64,000 nt of DNA from Candidatus Bathyarchaeota archaeon (GTDB lineage Archaea; Thermoproteota; Bathyarchaeia; Bathyarchaeales; Bathycorpusculaceae). Made by a program: the position numbers and the translations under genes. The notes beneath the pieces are model-generated. The model did no database searches. It was not told the origin of the DNA and saw only the letters and a list, made by a program, of their open reading frames with translations. Where the stretch lies: the NCBI GenBank assembly GCA_963767735.1, contig CAVYES010000008.1, positions 128,001 to 192,000 of the forward strand, in the 5' to 3' direction. Shown here piece after piece: positions 9,552 to 21,375 of the stretch; position 1 is the first letter of the stretch, and the number at the start of each line of letters is the position of its first letter.

Positions 9552-11103
9552 ATGCAAGCAAAATACGACACGATACTTGTACTGGATTTTGGGGGGCAAT
9601 ACTGCCATCTCATAGGCAGAAGAATCAGAGAAAACGGCGTTTACTCAGAAATTGTTCCCCACGACATCTCACCCGAAGAGATTAAGGCTCTAAACGAAAA
9701 ATTAAATGTTAAAGGCTTAATTCTTTCAGGCGGACCCTCAAGCGTCTACGAACCAAACGCGCCCAAGCTTAACCCCCGCATTTTAGAGGTAAATTTGCCG
9801 ATTCTGGGTTTATGCTATGGACATCAGCTGTTAGCACAGTTAACCAATGGCAAAGTTGAGCCGGCAGTCTGCAAAGAATATGGAACCGCACAAGTATCCA
9901 TTGACAAGCCAGTAGGCGTGCTGGAAGGCTTAAACGAGAAAGAAAAAGTTTGGATGAGCCACGGCGACACAGTTTTTGCGCTGACCCAAGAGTTTGAAGC
10001 GTTAGCTCACACGGAAAATTGCCCTGTTGCAGCGTTTAGGCATAAGCAAAAACCAATTTACGGTCTGCAATGGCATCCTGAAGTTATTCACACCGAAAAC
10101 GGCATGCGCATGCTCCGCAACTTTATATTTCAAGTATGCAAGTGCCAAGCTAACTGGCAAATGGAAGACCTGATAGGAAAAATGGTTTCAGAATTAAAAA
10201 CAGAAACTGGCGGAAGCAGAGCCATAATAGGCTTAAGCGGAGGCATAGATTCAAGCGTAGCCACCGCACTTGCAGCTAAAGCGCTTGGCGATAAGTTAAC
10301 AGCGGTTTTTGTTGACCATGGATTCATGCGGGAAGGCGAACCCGAAGCAATCCGAGAAGCGTTCCAAAAGTTCCCAATAAACTTCATAGTAGCTAATGCC
10401 CAAGAGCGTTTTATGCAGAAACTAATAGGCGTAGCAGATCCAGAGACGAAGCGGAAAATAATCGGGGAAGAGTTCATTCGAGTTTTCGAGGAAATCGCTA
10501 ATGAATCAGGCGCCGAATACCTAATCCAAGGAACCATCTATCCTGACAGGATTGAATCAGGGTTCAGAAAAAACTCTAACAAAATAAAAAGCCACCACAA
10601 CGTTGCAGGGCTCCCGGAAAAAATAAAGTTCAAGAAAATTCTGGAACCTCTGCGAGATTTATACAAAGACGAGGTGCGCAAAGTAGCCAGAATGCTTGAT
10701 TTACCCAAAGAAATAGTTACAAGGCAACCGTTCCCTGGACCTGGCTTAGCAGTTAGGATAATTGGCGAATTAACTCCTGAAAAAGTTGCAATAGCCAAAA
10801 AAGCAGATAAAATTGTCCGCGAAGAGATAGAGAGAAACAGCTTAGCTGAGAATCTCTGGCAGTACTTTGCCGTATTAACAGACACTAAGGCAACAGGCGT
10901 AAAAGGTGATGCTCAGAGCATACGGCTACGTAGTTGCAGTTAGAGCTGCAGAGAGCCGAGAAGCCATGACTGCAAGCTTCGCCAAAATTCCTTATCCCGT
11001 TTTTGAGAAAATCTCAACAAGAATCACAAATGAGATACCCCAAGTTACCCGCGTAGTTTACGATATCACCCATAAACCGCCTGCAACAATAGAGTGGGAA
11101 TAA
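9552..11103 (+). CDS. guaA: GMP synthase, fused GATase and ATPPase (frameshift near 10915)
   Basis: LDFGGQY, GLCYGHQ, SGGIDS, PFPGPGL; second frame ends KPPATIEWE. Confidence 0.95.
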
Positions 11104-11159
11104 AACATTTCCATAAGTGTTTAAATAAAAACAAGCCAATACATTACTTCTCAATAAAG

Positions 11160-12259
11160 GTGACACTCCTGAAGGCGTTGATTTTAGCAGGTGGCTTCGC
11201 AACAAGGCTACGACCACTAAGTTGCTCTAGGCCTAAAACTCTTTTTCCAATAGTTAACAAACCATTACTTGAATGGATTTTTGAAAGATTAGCCAACAAC
11301 GGCGTTGAAGAAGCCATACTGGCAGTTAACGCGTTAACACAATTTTATATTAAACAGCAGCGACCGCATAGACATGGTTTGAAAATAAAGTTTTCAATTG
11401 ACCCGCCGAAAATGCCTTTGGGAACCGCAGGACCAGTAAAAAAAGCCGAAAAACTCTTAGGCCATGATGAGCCGTTTATTGTTTTGAACGGTGACATTTT
11501 TGCGGATTTAAGCTACAGAGAACTGCTGGATACACACATTAAAACGAAGGCTTTAGCAACAATTGCACTTTGCAAAGTAGAAGACCCATGCAGGTACGGC
11601 GTGGCGGAAATAGCAAATGGCAACTGCATAAAAAGGTTCATTGAAAAGCCCCCCAAAGATAAAGCTCCGAGCAACCTCATAAACGCAGGAGTCTACGTTC
11701 TAAGCCCCAAAGTCTTCGAGTATATTCCCCGAGGAAGAGCAGTTTCCATGGAGCGAGAGGTTTTCCCCAAACTAGCGGAAGAAGGAAAACTTTACGGTCA
11801 TTTGGTTAATGGCTTATGGATGGATATAGGCAAACCAGAAGAGTACTTGGAAACAAACAAAATAATACTTGATTCACTTATCTAAAAATTTCAAACAGAG
11901 AAAGCGCAAAAAACTTTGAGTTAAAGAATCCTGTTGCCTTCGACAAGGGCGTCTCAATAGCAGAAAAGTCAGTTATCGGTCCATACGCCATTTTGGGAAA
12001 AAATGTTACAGTCGGCAAAAACGCGCAAATAAGCAATTCGGTAATTTTTCCTAATGTTGAAATCGGCGAATTTGTGTCGATAGATGGAGCATTAATCGGC
12101 GAAGGAGCACGAATCGGAAAAAATGTTAAAATCACCAGCGGTTGCATAATCGGCGACCACGCAAAAGTCAAAGATAACCTACACCTATCAGATGTGCATA
12201 CTGTCTGTCCAGCAAAAGAAGTCTCTGAAAACATTTTAAAACCCAAGACTAACTGTTAA
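11160..12259 (+). CDS. NDP-sugar synthase / mannose-1-phosphate guanylyltransferase-like (frameshift near 11880)
   Basis: LAGGFATRLRPL, EKP, WMDIGKP; hexapeptide repeats in ORF 11993-12259. Confidence 0.88.
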
Positions 12260-12281
12260 GTAAGCAATGAGATGAAAATTT

Positions 12282-13651
12282 ATGAGCGAAAGAAAACTTT
12301 TTGGAACAAACGGTATCAGAGGCCTAGTCAACGTTGAATTGACGCCTGAAATGGCCATAAAAGTTGGCTGCGCAATCGGAACTTTTTTTGGAAGAAAAAA
12401 TTTACTTTTAGGATATGATGCTAGAACCAGCGGACCCATGCTTGCTAAAGCAGTGATTTCTGGTTTAACCGCTACTGGATGCAACGTGTTTTTCGCTGGG
12501 ATGGCTCCAACGCCTGCGCTGCAATACGCTGTTAAAAACCATAAGATGGATGGCGGCGTAATAATTACTGCTTCACATAATCCGCCTGAATATAACGGTA
12601 TTAAAGTAATTTGGAGCGACGGCATAGAAACGTCACATGAGCAAGAAGTCGAAATAGAGAACATTTACTTTGACAACAAAATAGTATTCGCAGAATGGGA
12701 CAAACTGGGAACGTTGCAGGAGCTGCCTGGAATTAACGATGAATACGTCCAAGCCATAAAAAATCACGTTGACCCTCAAAAAATAGCGCAAAAGCACTTT
12801 CACGTTGTGGTAGACGCGGCTAACAGCGTGGGTGGCCTCACAGCACCGCCAATTGTTAAGGGAACTTGGCTGCAAAGTAACCACTATCAACGCTAACATT
12901 GACGGCACTTTCCCAGGACGATTACCAGAACCGAGACCTGAGAGACCTCACCGATTTATCTTCAACTGTTAAAGCAATTGGCGCAGACTTAGGCGTAGCT
13001 TTTGACGGCGATGCTGACCGATCCATTTTCGTTGACGAGAATGGCGTGATTTACTGGGGAGACAAAACCTTTGCAGTAATAATAAAACAGTTCCTAATCA
13101 AAAACCCAGGCGCAAAAATAGTTACGCCTGTAAGCTCCTCTACATTAATCAAAGATACAGTAGAAGCTTACAAGGGAGAGTTAATCTGGACTAAAGTTGG
13201 AAGCGTCACGGTTTCCCAGAAAATGAAAGAGTTAAACGCTAAACTGGGTGGAGAAGAAAACGGCGGAGTTTTCTATGGTCCACACCAAGCAGTCCGAGAT
13301 GGTGCAATGACAACTGCTCTGATACTTAACATAATGGCTGAAACTGGAGAGAAACTTTCTAAACTTGTGGCTGAGCAACCGCAATACTTTATCGAGAAAG
13401 GAAAAATCGATTGCCCAGACGAGAAAAAAGAAATATTGCTGCAAAAACTGTACGAGCAAGTAAAAGGCGAAAACATCAGCACAATTGATGGCGTGAAAAT
13501 TTGGTTCAGCGACAACAGCGCCATCCTGATTAGACCAAGCGGAACAGAACCCGTGTTCAGGTTATATGCTGAGGCGAAAAACCAAGAAAAAGCATTAAAG
13601 CTAGTTGAAGACTACAGTTCACGGCTTAAAAAAATCCTCGAAACCATATAG
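12282..13651 (+). CDS. glmM: Phosphoglucosamine mutase / phosphohexomutase (two frameshifts near 12850 and 12940)
   Basis: FGTNGIRG, TASHNP, FDGDADR, GGEENG, RPSGTEP. Confidence 0.85.
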
Positions 13652-13683
13652 CAAACCTATGGCGCTTTGGAGAAACCCAGCTA

Positions 13684-15018
13684 ATGCCCAATGTTCTAAA
13701 CCTAAAACCAGACGAAATTGATACAAAAGAAAAACGCTCAAAATATCTGGTTAGCGTTGTAGGATGCGGGCAAAAAGGAATCCTTTACGCTAACGCCTTC
13801 GCTGACGCCGGCTTTAAAGTTGCATGCTCAGACTCTGACCCAAGCGTGATAAAAAAATTAGCAAAAGGAAAAACACCCTTCGCCGAACAAGAAATTGAAG
13901 CTAAACTAAAAGGCTTGATCAACGCAGGTCAATTAAGCGTTACCAGCGAGCTGAAAAAAGCTGTTTCTCGAAGCGATATAATCATTATAACTGTACCGGC
14001 AAAAGTTGATGATAAGAAAAAAATTGATAACTCAGAAGCATTAAACGCTTGCAAGCAAGTTGGATCAGCACTCCATTCTGGCACGCTGGTTATTTATGGT
14101 GATGTTGCGGGTTTGGGTTTTACTGAAGGAATAATGAAGGAAACATTGGAGAACACATCAGGGCTAAAGGTTGGGCAGGATTTCGGTTTAGCCTACATTC
14201 CGATCCATAACTCAGGTGCCAAGCCCATTGAGCCGATAGCCAACTTGGAGTTAAAGGTTGCTGCAATTGGTAAACCCAGCCAAGATGCGGCTATAAACGT
14301 TCTAAAAACTATAACAAAAAACGTTAAACAAATAAGCGACGTGAAAACAGCAGAAATAGCGACGCTTTTTGAGGCGGCAAAACAGGAGGCAAACACGGCG
14401 TTAGCAAGTGAGTTGGCGGTTTTCTGTGAAAGCGCAAACATAGACTACTTTGAAGTTTTAAAATTGTTGGAGTTTAATGACCCGAGTTTTTGGCCTACAA
14501 CTGTTGAGGAAGAAAACAAAAACGAAGCATATCTTCTGCTTGAAAGCGCAGAAAACTTGAATGTTAAACTTAGGCTCCCAACGTTGGCTAGGCAAATAAA
14601 CGAAGACATGGTTAAACACGCGGTTAATTTAACCCAAGATGCTCTGCGAAGATGCGGCAAAACGTTGAGAAGAGCAAGGATTGCCGTTTTAGGCACAGTT
14701 AACCCAAGTACTGCTACGGTCGTTTTTGTTAAAATGTTAGAGTTGAAAGGCGCTAAAGCCAGCCTTTATGACCCCGCATCAAAAAGAGATGCAATAGATT
14801 TGGGAGTAGTAAAGACCAGCTTAAATGAGGCAGTGGAAGGCGCAGACTGCATAGTAATACTCACTGGAGAGGAGCAGTTTAAACACTTAAACCTACGGAA
14901 ACTTAAACCATTAACGAAGACGCCCTCAGTAATCGTAGATTTGGCAGGTGCCTTTGAGCCTCAAAAAGTGGAAACAGAAGGCTTCATATACCGTGGACTT
15001 GGAAGAGGAAACGAATAA
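13684..15018 (+). CDS. UDP-glucose/GDP-mannose dehydrogenase family protein, divergent
   Basis: Rossmann N-terminus, LENTSGLKVGQDFGLAY, ARQINEDM, C-terminal YRGLGR; catalytic motifs not recognisable. Confidence 0.8.
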   Translation: MPNVLNLKPDEIDTKEKRSKYLVSVVGCGQKGILYANAFADAGFKVACSDSDPSVIKKLAKGKTPFAEQEIEAKLKGLINAGQLSVTSELKKAVSRSDIIIITVPAKVDDKKKIDNSEALNACKQVGSALHSGTLVIYGDVAGLGFTEGIMKETLENTSGLKVGQDFGLAYIPIHNSGAKPIEPIANLELKVAAIGKPSQDAAINVLKTITKNVKQISDVKTAEIATLFEAAKQEANTALASELAVFCESANIDYFEVLKLLEFNDPSFWPTTVEEENKNEAYLLLESAENLNVKLRLPTLARQINEDMVKHAVNLTQDALRRCGKTLRRARIAVLGTVNPSTATVVFVKMLELKGAKASLYDPASKRDAIDLGVVKTSLNEAVEGADCIVILTGEEQFKHLNLRKLKPLTKTPSVIVDLAGAFEPQKVETEGFIYRGLGRGNE

Positions 15019-15020
15019 AA

Positions 15021-15972
15021 ATGAAGAAACTTGGAGTAGCAGTAATCGGCACAGGCTCTTGGGGAAAAAACCATGCAAGAGTCTACAAAGAATTGCCCTC
15101 AACTGAGCTAATTGCAATTTGCGATGTGAATCCTGAAAGAGCCAAAGCCATGGCTAACCAATACGGCGTAAAAGCGTACACTAACAGCTCGCGAATGCTG
15201 AAAAACAAAGAAATAGAAGCCGTAAGCGTTTGCACATGGTCAACACACCTTGCAAAAGAAGCGCTCAAAGCACTCAGAGCAGGAAAGCATGTTCTGGTTG
15301 AGAAGCCTATGGCCACCAACACAAAGCAAGCGGAGAAGCTTTGTGAAACTGCAGAGCAAAACGGTCTTGTCTTAACCGTTGGTTTTTTGATGAGGTTTAT
15401 TCCTGGATTACAGAGCATCCGTGAGGCGGTTGAGAGCAAAAAAATCGGCGAGTTAGTCTGCGCAACCGCAAAACGCGTTTCCCAATGGCCTGAAAGAATA
15501 GGCGATGTTGGAGTAGTTAAAGACACAGCGATACATGACATAGATGTTATGCGGTTCATATCCAAACAAGACCCTATTACTGTTTACGCGAAAATGGGAA
15601 GCATGAAACACCGAAAATTCGAAGACTACGCGCAAATAATGCTAACATACAAGAGTGGAGAAAGCGCGTTCATAGAATCCAACTGGCTAACACCCTACAA
15701 AACAAGAACGTTAACGGTCACGGGAAGCGACGCCATAATGAGACTGGATTACATAACGCAAGACTTATGGATTGAACAGCAAAAAGAGACGGTGCAACCA
15801 AGATACCCATTCCAAGAACCACTTAAAATGTGAACTTCAACACTTTGCAGAATGCGTGCTTGAAAAGAAAAAGCCGCTAATAACGGGAGAGGACGGCGTA
15901 AAAGCCCTGGAAATCGCTCAAGCCGCAATGCAATCCTCAGCGAAAAACAGAGCGATACAACTTAAAAAATAA
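15021..15972 (+). CDS. Gfo/Idh/MocA oxidoreductase (frameshift near 15830)
   Basis: IGTGSWG, HVLVEKP, DTAIHDID; second frame ELQHFAECV...GEDGVKAL. Confidence 0.9.
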
Positions 15973-15977
15973 AAAGC

Positions 15978-16247
15978 TTATTTTAAATTGAAGGGTTTTC
16001 CTTCAGAAACTATTTTTTCAGGGATTTTTTCCTTCCATTTCTTCATGAAAGGCAGATCTTCAGATTCTTTCCGTAATTCGTCAGGCAACATTTCTGGAAT
16101 TTCATCGCGTATGGGATACCAGCGTAAACATTTAGGGCAGACGATTAAGCCTTCAACTATCTCGTCTTTTTCTTCGAAAACGTGAAGTTCAAGTGGATGA
16201 TACTTGTCTATGGGGCAGGCCAAGATTTCCATTAATTTTCGCTTCAT
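15978..16247 (-). CDS. Trm112 family methyltransferase activator
   Basis: LMEILACPIDK...EGLIVCPKCLRWYPIRDEIPEMLP. Confidence 0.92.
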   Translation of the reverse strand: MKRKLMEILACPIDKYHPLELHVFEEKDEIVEGLIVCPKCLRWYPIRDEIPEMLPDELRKESEDLPFMKKWKEKIPEKIVSEGKPFNLK

Positions 16248-16283
16248 TTTTCTTCACGGAATAGATAGTTAACGGTTAAGCTA

Positions 16284-17151
16284 TTAAAACTTGCTTGGCA
16301 ACGAAGTTACCTGTATATCGAGAGCGGTTTGGTACCAGTTAGGGCCCGTGCTTCGAACTACTCGTGAAAAAGCAAAAATGTAACCTACGCCGAGGCTGTC
16401 AAGTTTTTGGGCTACCTTCAACTTGGTTTTTTCAACTGGTTTTTCGTTGCCCATTGCATGTTGGAAATCATAGTAGTGGATCCAACCGCCATGTTTTTTG
16501 AGCGCTGAAACTGCATAGGGCAAGTATTCAAGGGCTTTTTCAGGCAAAGGCATCAAGACACGATCAGCCGTCCCTTGCAGTTGAGCGTTAATTATGTCTT
16601 TTGAGTCGCCAAGCAAAGGAATTACTTTACCGTAAACCCTGTTGATTCTAACGTTTTCCTCCATGTATTGAACTGCAGTGGGGTTAACGTCAATCGAGAA
16701 CACTTTAGTTTGGCTCACGGCTTTAGCGATTATTATGCTAAAGCAGCCTACGCCTGAAAACATGTTAACAACCGTCTCGCCGCCCTCAACGAGACTGGCA
16801 ATCCGCGATCGCTCATACAAAAGCCTAGGTGAAAAATAACATTTTTCAAGATCAACTGCAAACACGCAACCTGATTCTTTACATTTGGTGCTTGTTTTGT
16901 CTTCACCTGCCAACAACCTTAACTCTCTAACCCTAAAATCTCCCCTGATGGGACTAGTTTGGGCAAAAACTGTTTTCACGTTCCTGTGGAGGGCCATTAT
17001 TTGGTTTGCTACTTTTTCAGCATCAACGATATTGCCGTTTGGCATTTTAATGATTGCTATGTCGCCTATTATGTCAAAAGAGCTGGTAAATTAGGTTTAA
17101 CTCTGCTGAAGAGAAGACGGCAGAAAGTTTTTTGCGAAGCCTTTTTCTCAA
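16284..17151 (-). CDS. Trm5/Tyw2 (Met-10+) family tRNA methyltransferase (frameshift near 17085)
   Basis: SFDIIGDIAII upstream, YFSPRL, NMFSGVG, DRVLMPLP. Confidence 0.88.
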
Positions 17152-17230
17152 CTTTATATCCTCATTAATAGCAAGGTATTGGAAACGTTTAAAAGCAAAA
17201 TACTTTTCTTTGTAGGAAGAGGCGTTTCTA

Positions 17231-17392
17231 ATGGAAAAATCAGGAATTGTTTATGAATGCATGAGATGCGGGGCAAGAGTGCCATCCGAAGAATTAGAAC
17301 TGCGCGGCGGAGAAACCAAATGCATCATCTGTGGCTATAGAATTCTGAAAAAAGTTAAACCTCCAGTAGTTAAACGCGTTCAATCAAAATAA
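17231..17392 (+). CDS. rpoP: RNA polymerase subunit P (Rpo12)
   Basis: Manual translation MEKSGIVYECMRCG...KCIICGYRILKKVKPPVVKRVQSK. Confidence 0.93.
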   Translation: MEKSGIVYECMRCGARVPSEELELRGGETKCIICGYRILKKVKPPVVKRVQSK

Positions 17393-17448
17393 GAAGGGAA
17401 TACTCGTATTTTTAGACGAGTAATTCAGTTTTTAGTTTTTAATTTATC

Positions 17449-17760
17449 CTAATAGATTTCTTTGTCTCCGAGTTTGCGCAAAGCTTTTCCTTTAAGTCTT
17501 ATTGATTCAGCCAAGAAATCGTCATCAAGGTCTTTTTCAACAGTTTGGCGTTTGACGGTTTCGCCGCATACTCCTTCGGGCAACAACCGCCTTTTTAAGC
17601 ACATAGAATAGGTGCAGTTTGCGACATTGCACATTTCTTCGGTCTGTTTGCACCAAATGGAGTCTCGTCTATAGAAGACAGAGTTTTGACTGCACTTAAA
17701 AGAAGGGCATGTTGGAGAACAAGCTTTTGATTGAGCCAATAGATACACCTCAATTGTCAA
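17449..17760 (-). CDS. Cys-rich hypothetical protein
   Basis: Eight Cys in a compact ORF; no family recognised. Confidence 0.6.
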   Translation of the reverse strand: MTIEVYLLAQSKACSPTCPSFKCSQNSVFYRRDSIWCKQTEEMCNVANCTYSMCLKRRLLPEGVCGETVKRQTVEKDLDDDFLAESIRLKGKALRKLGDKEIY

Positions 17761-17853
17761 ATCAAAATATTTTTGTGATGTTTTGTTTTTTTAGTTTCTT
17801 AATGTTATTTGGATGCCATATAAACTTTTTTCTTATCAAGGATAAAATGATAG

Positions 17854-19983
17854 TTAGGTTTTAGGGGATTGTTTAGTTTTTCTTCGCCTGTAAACTTCCA
17901 CGGTAACGAGCAGAACTAAAGCTATCAATATTATGATTAGGGTTATGAAGGAACTTACTGGAATCAAGATTGATCCAAGAACAATATATCGATCAATTTG
18001 TATCGTAACCGAAGTTGGCTTATTAACGGTTAGAGTTACAGCTTGATAACTGCTCTGTGCCCCTTGAGCATATGCCACTATCTGTACGTCGCCACCAATT
18101 ACATTATTGAAAGTTGCAGTTCCGTCGCCTTTAGTCATAGCTGAAAGCTGCTCTGTCGCCGGCCCATTCAACGTGACATTAGCATTTGAAATAGGAGTAC
18201 CGAAGAAGTCAACAACTGATACAGATACTGGAATGCCGTAGAGATTGCAAATTATTTGCAGTTGGCTTGCACCGAACGCTTCGATGGTTGTTTCGTTGAT
18301 TAGAATGTTGTCCTTATAAATTTGTAATCTGTACTTTCCAAAAGTAACTTGACTCGTGACTGAGCCCGAGCTACCGGTTGTAGCAGTATAGAATAAGCCA
18401 TTTGTTAATTCAACGAGGCTTATGCTGGCGCCAGGGATTGCAGCTTCATTATAACCGACTATATTGAAGGTTAATGTTTCGTTTGGGCAGGTTATCACGA
18501 AGTCTGAGAGCGCCTGTGCCGGAAGATTGGGGGTAGTATCATTACCAGAGTTGAAAACTTGATTGTATAATGAAGCGTTTATTGTGTAGCTAATTCCTGT
18601 CAGTGTGGAGTTTAGTTGGTAGGTTCCTGAAAGGTCTGTTTGGCCTGAAACATTTCCTGTTTGAGAAGCCCCACCGTTGGTCGGTTGATATTTATATGTA
18701 ATGGCTAAATTCACAAACGGCAGTACAATTCCATTTTCGTTTTGAACTGTTATTTTAAGGTCGGTTAATTGGCATGTAAGGGTGAAAGTGCCGTTGCCGA
18801 TGATAGTTACGTTGCTTTCTCCAACGTTAACCCCGTTCCAAAACCCGGTCAAAGAACAAGCACCTGTTTCAAGATGGAAGTCGGCTATGCCAGTTACTCC
18901 GCTTGTAGCGCTATAAGTTGTGCCGCTTGCAACATCCAAAGCTTGAACCTTTATACTAGAAACAATTTGACCGCCCAGATTTACTGTTTCAACTTGAATA
19001 GAGTATCCTGAAATCGAAAAGGTCTCTACATCTTGTATCGCTTTCTGGACGCCTGTGGGAGCTATTGTTACGGTATAGTCTCCAATCGCCGTGTTTGACT
19101 GAACTTGCCACGTTGCATCGATTACGCCTTCAGACGAAGCGGTTAGTGATTGAGTGTCGACAGTTGTGCTGGTTGAATTGTTGGCGATGCTCAGTGTTGC
19201 CGCCTGATTTGGTTGGTAACCTGTTGCGGCTATTGCTACTGTGTCGCCTCTATGATATGTGGTTGCATTAAGGAAGCCAACGGAAAATTGGGTGTCCGCC
19301 AAGGAGGTAGACTGGTTAAAGTAAACGTTGTAGGTGCCTACATAATCAGTGGTGTTTCCATCCGGTTGGAAGCTACTGTTTGGATAAGTGACTTGTGCAG
19401 TTGCAGTTCCACCTGAGTTAGAGGTCCCCATCGACACTGCTTGTGTAAATGTTGAGTTATCCGGTGTAACAACTGAAACGTTCGCAGCGTAGGCTGCGTT
19501 AGCAGATCCACCAGTTACGCTGACAGTTAATGCAACGCTGCTTCCTTCCTGTATTTGTGAAGGAACAGCAGTTACAATATAATTAGTTAAGACCAGGAAT
19601 GTTTCTGGCGTGGTACCAGTGGAGTTTACGTTAAGCTTGACGTCTCTCAGAGTTAGAGGATAACTGCCGGCTGGAGTGTAGGGTACTGTAAAGTTTGCGC
19701 TAACGTAATATCCCGCTGAGGTTCCGCTTGCGACAACAGTTTGGCCGAATATTAATTGGTAAGAACTATTAGAGTAGTAAATTGTTCCATCAAGATGAAA
19801 CGCTTGACCTGCAGTCCCGTTATATTGGCTTTGTCCGTTAACGATGTTTGATGTGGTTATCGGAGTTACCTGTAGAATTTCTACACCAAGACTGTTTTGC
19901 CCAAATACTGCAACAAAAGGTGATAGCGCAACGGCTAAAGACATTAAAACTAAGAGGGTAACTGCACCAATTTTTTTATTCAA
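17854..19983 (-). CDS. Secreted membrane-anchored protein with repeated beta-sandwich (carboxypeptidase-regulatory-like) domains
   Basis: Signal peptide, S/T/N-rich repeats, many NxS/T sequons, C-terminal TM and RRRK tail. Confidence 0.8.
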   Translation of the reverse strand: MNKKIGAVTLLVLMSLAVALSPFVAVFGQNSLGVEILQVTPITTSNIVNGQSQYNGTAGQAFHLDGTIYYSNSSYQLIFGQTVVASGTSAGYYVSANFTVPYTPAGSYPLTLRDVKLNVNSTGTTPETFLVLTNYIVTAVPSQIQEGSSVALTVSVTGGSANAAYAANVSVVTPDNSTFTQAVSMGTSNSGGTATAQVTYPNSSFQPDGNTTDYVGTYNVYFNQSTSLADTQFSVGFLNATTYHRGDTVAIAATGYQPNQAATLSIANNSTSTTVDTQSLTASSEGVIDATWQVQSNTAIGDYTVTIAPTGVQKAIQDVETFSISGYSIQVETVNLGGQIVSSIKVQALDVASGTTYSATSGVTGIADFHLETGACSLTGFWNGVNVGESNVTIIGNGTFTLTCQLTDLKITVQNENGIVLPFVNLAITYKYQPTNGGASQTGNVSGQTDLSGTYQLNSTLTGISYTINASLYNQVFNSGNDTTPNLPAQALSDFVITCPNETLTFNIVGYNEAAIPGASISLVELTNGLFYTATTGSSGSVTSQVTFGKYRLQIYKDNILINETTIEAFGASQLQIICNLYGIPVSVSVVDFFGTPISNANVTLNGPATEQLSAMTKGDGTATFNNVIGGDVQIVAYAQGAQSSYQAVTLTVNKPTSVTIQIDRYIVLGSILIPVSSFITLIIILIALVLLVTVEVYRRRKTKQSPKT

Positions 19984-20200
19984 ACTGCTCTGCGCTCCAG
20001 ACTGATATTGCCATCCAGACGTTTAATGACTGATGATTTGACTAAGTTGATTTTAAACTTTGCCCATAAATCTTTGGGTAAAAAGCCTGAGCCAGTGATA
20101 CAACTTGAAAAAATCTGATTTCAAACCAAAAATTTCATTTAAGCAAGGGGATTTTTAAGGGACATAAGACTCACACTATGAATAAATTCGGTGAAAAACC

Positions 20201-21163
20201 TTGGAGAAAAACGCTGCCACCGTGCTTTCAGGCGCTTTAAAGAAGCAAAAATACCATTTGGTTGGCAGTCACTCTGCGGTTAAAAGGTGTAAATGGCTCT
20301 ATGAATCTATAGTTAATGATAGACACTGTTATAAACAGAAGTTTTACGGCATAAAATCGCACAGATGCATCCAAATGTCGCCCTCCCTTTACTATTGCAC
20401 TCAACAATGTTTGTTTTGTTGGAGAGCCCAAAGCGGAGATTTGCAGGTTACTTGGGACGAGATGAAAATTCCAATGCAAGACTCGCCGGAAGAAATTATT
20501 CAGGGAAGCCTTAAGGCGCAAGAAAAAATTTTAACTGGATACAAAGGAAACCCCAAAACAAACTGGCGCAAATTTCAAGAAGCTCTAACGCCTAAGCACG
20601 TTGCGATAAGTTTAACCGGTGAACCGACGCTCTACGAGCCGCTTGGAGACTTGATTGAGGCATTTCATCAAAAAGGTTTCACCACCTTTCTTGTTTCCAA
20701 TGGCACTTTGCCAAGTAAACTTTCAAATCTAAGCCAAGAACCCACCCAACTCTACATTTCAGTATGCGCGCCAAACGAGCCGATATACAAGCAGGTTTGC
20801 CGCCCACAATTTCCCAGCGCTTGGACAAAACTGAACGAAACGCTTGGCTTATTGCAGAGTTTCAATTGTCCCTCAGTAATCCGCATGACACTTGTAAAAG
20901 AGCGCAACATGAACAATGTGGATGAATACGCTAAAATTGTTGAAAAAGCCAATCCAACGTACATCGAAGCAAAAGCGTACATGCATATTGGTTTTTCAAG
21001 CCTCCGCTTGGGCTTTGAGAGCATGCCCCGGCATAGCGAAGTGAAGGATTTTGCTGAGCAGTTAGCTGAGAAGACCGGGTACAAAATTATTAATGAAGCC
21101 TCAGAAAGCAGAGTTGTGCTATTAAGCAGATTAGAGAAGCCTATTCAGGTTGCAACCAACTAG
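20201..21163 (+). CDS. taw1: 4-demethylwyosine synthase (radical SAM)
   Basis: CYKQKFYGIKSHRC, CTQQCLFCWR, ISLTGEPTLY, IEAKAYMHIG. Confidence 0.95.
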   Translation: MEKNAATVLSGALKKQKYHLVGSHSAVKRCKWLYESIVNDRHCYKQKFYGIKSHRCIQMSPSLYYCTQQCLFCWRAQSGDLQVTWDEMKIPMQDSPEEIIQGSLKAQEKILTGYKGNPKTNWRKFQEALTPKHVAISLTGEPTLYEPLGDLIEAFHQKGFTTFLVSNGTLPSKLSNLSQEPTQLYISVCAPNEPIYKQVCRPQFPSAWTKLNETLGLLQSFNCPSVIRMTLVKERNMNNVDEYAKIVEKANPTYIEAKAYMHIGFSSLRLGFESMPRHSEVKDFAEQLAEKTGYKIINEASESRVVLLSRLEKPIQVATN

Positions 21164-21375
21164 CTGCATTAAGTAGATGAGTTTTTTTAGCTGGTTTTTT
21201 AGTTTAGGGCTTGAATTAGAGTTAGGATGTAGCTATTTCGGTAAATTTGGGTATATAAAGGGAAAGAGTCGCTGAGGAGCGTTTGTTTGTGAGCCTGCTA
21301 TTTAGTTATCAATTAGTATACTACGCAAATTTTTGGGAAATTGAAATAAATGACCCAGCAATTCATTCTAATCAG

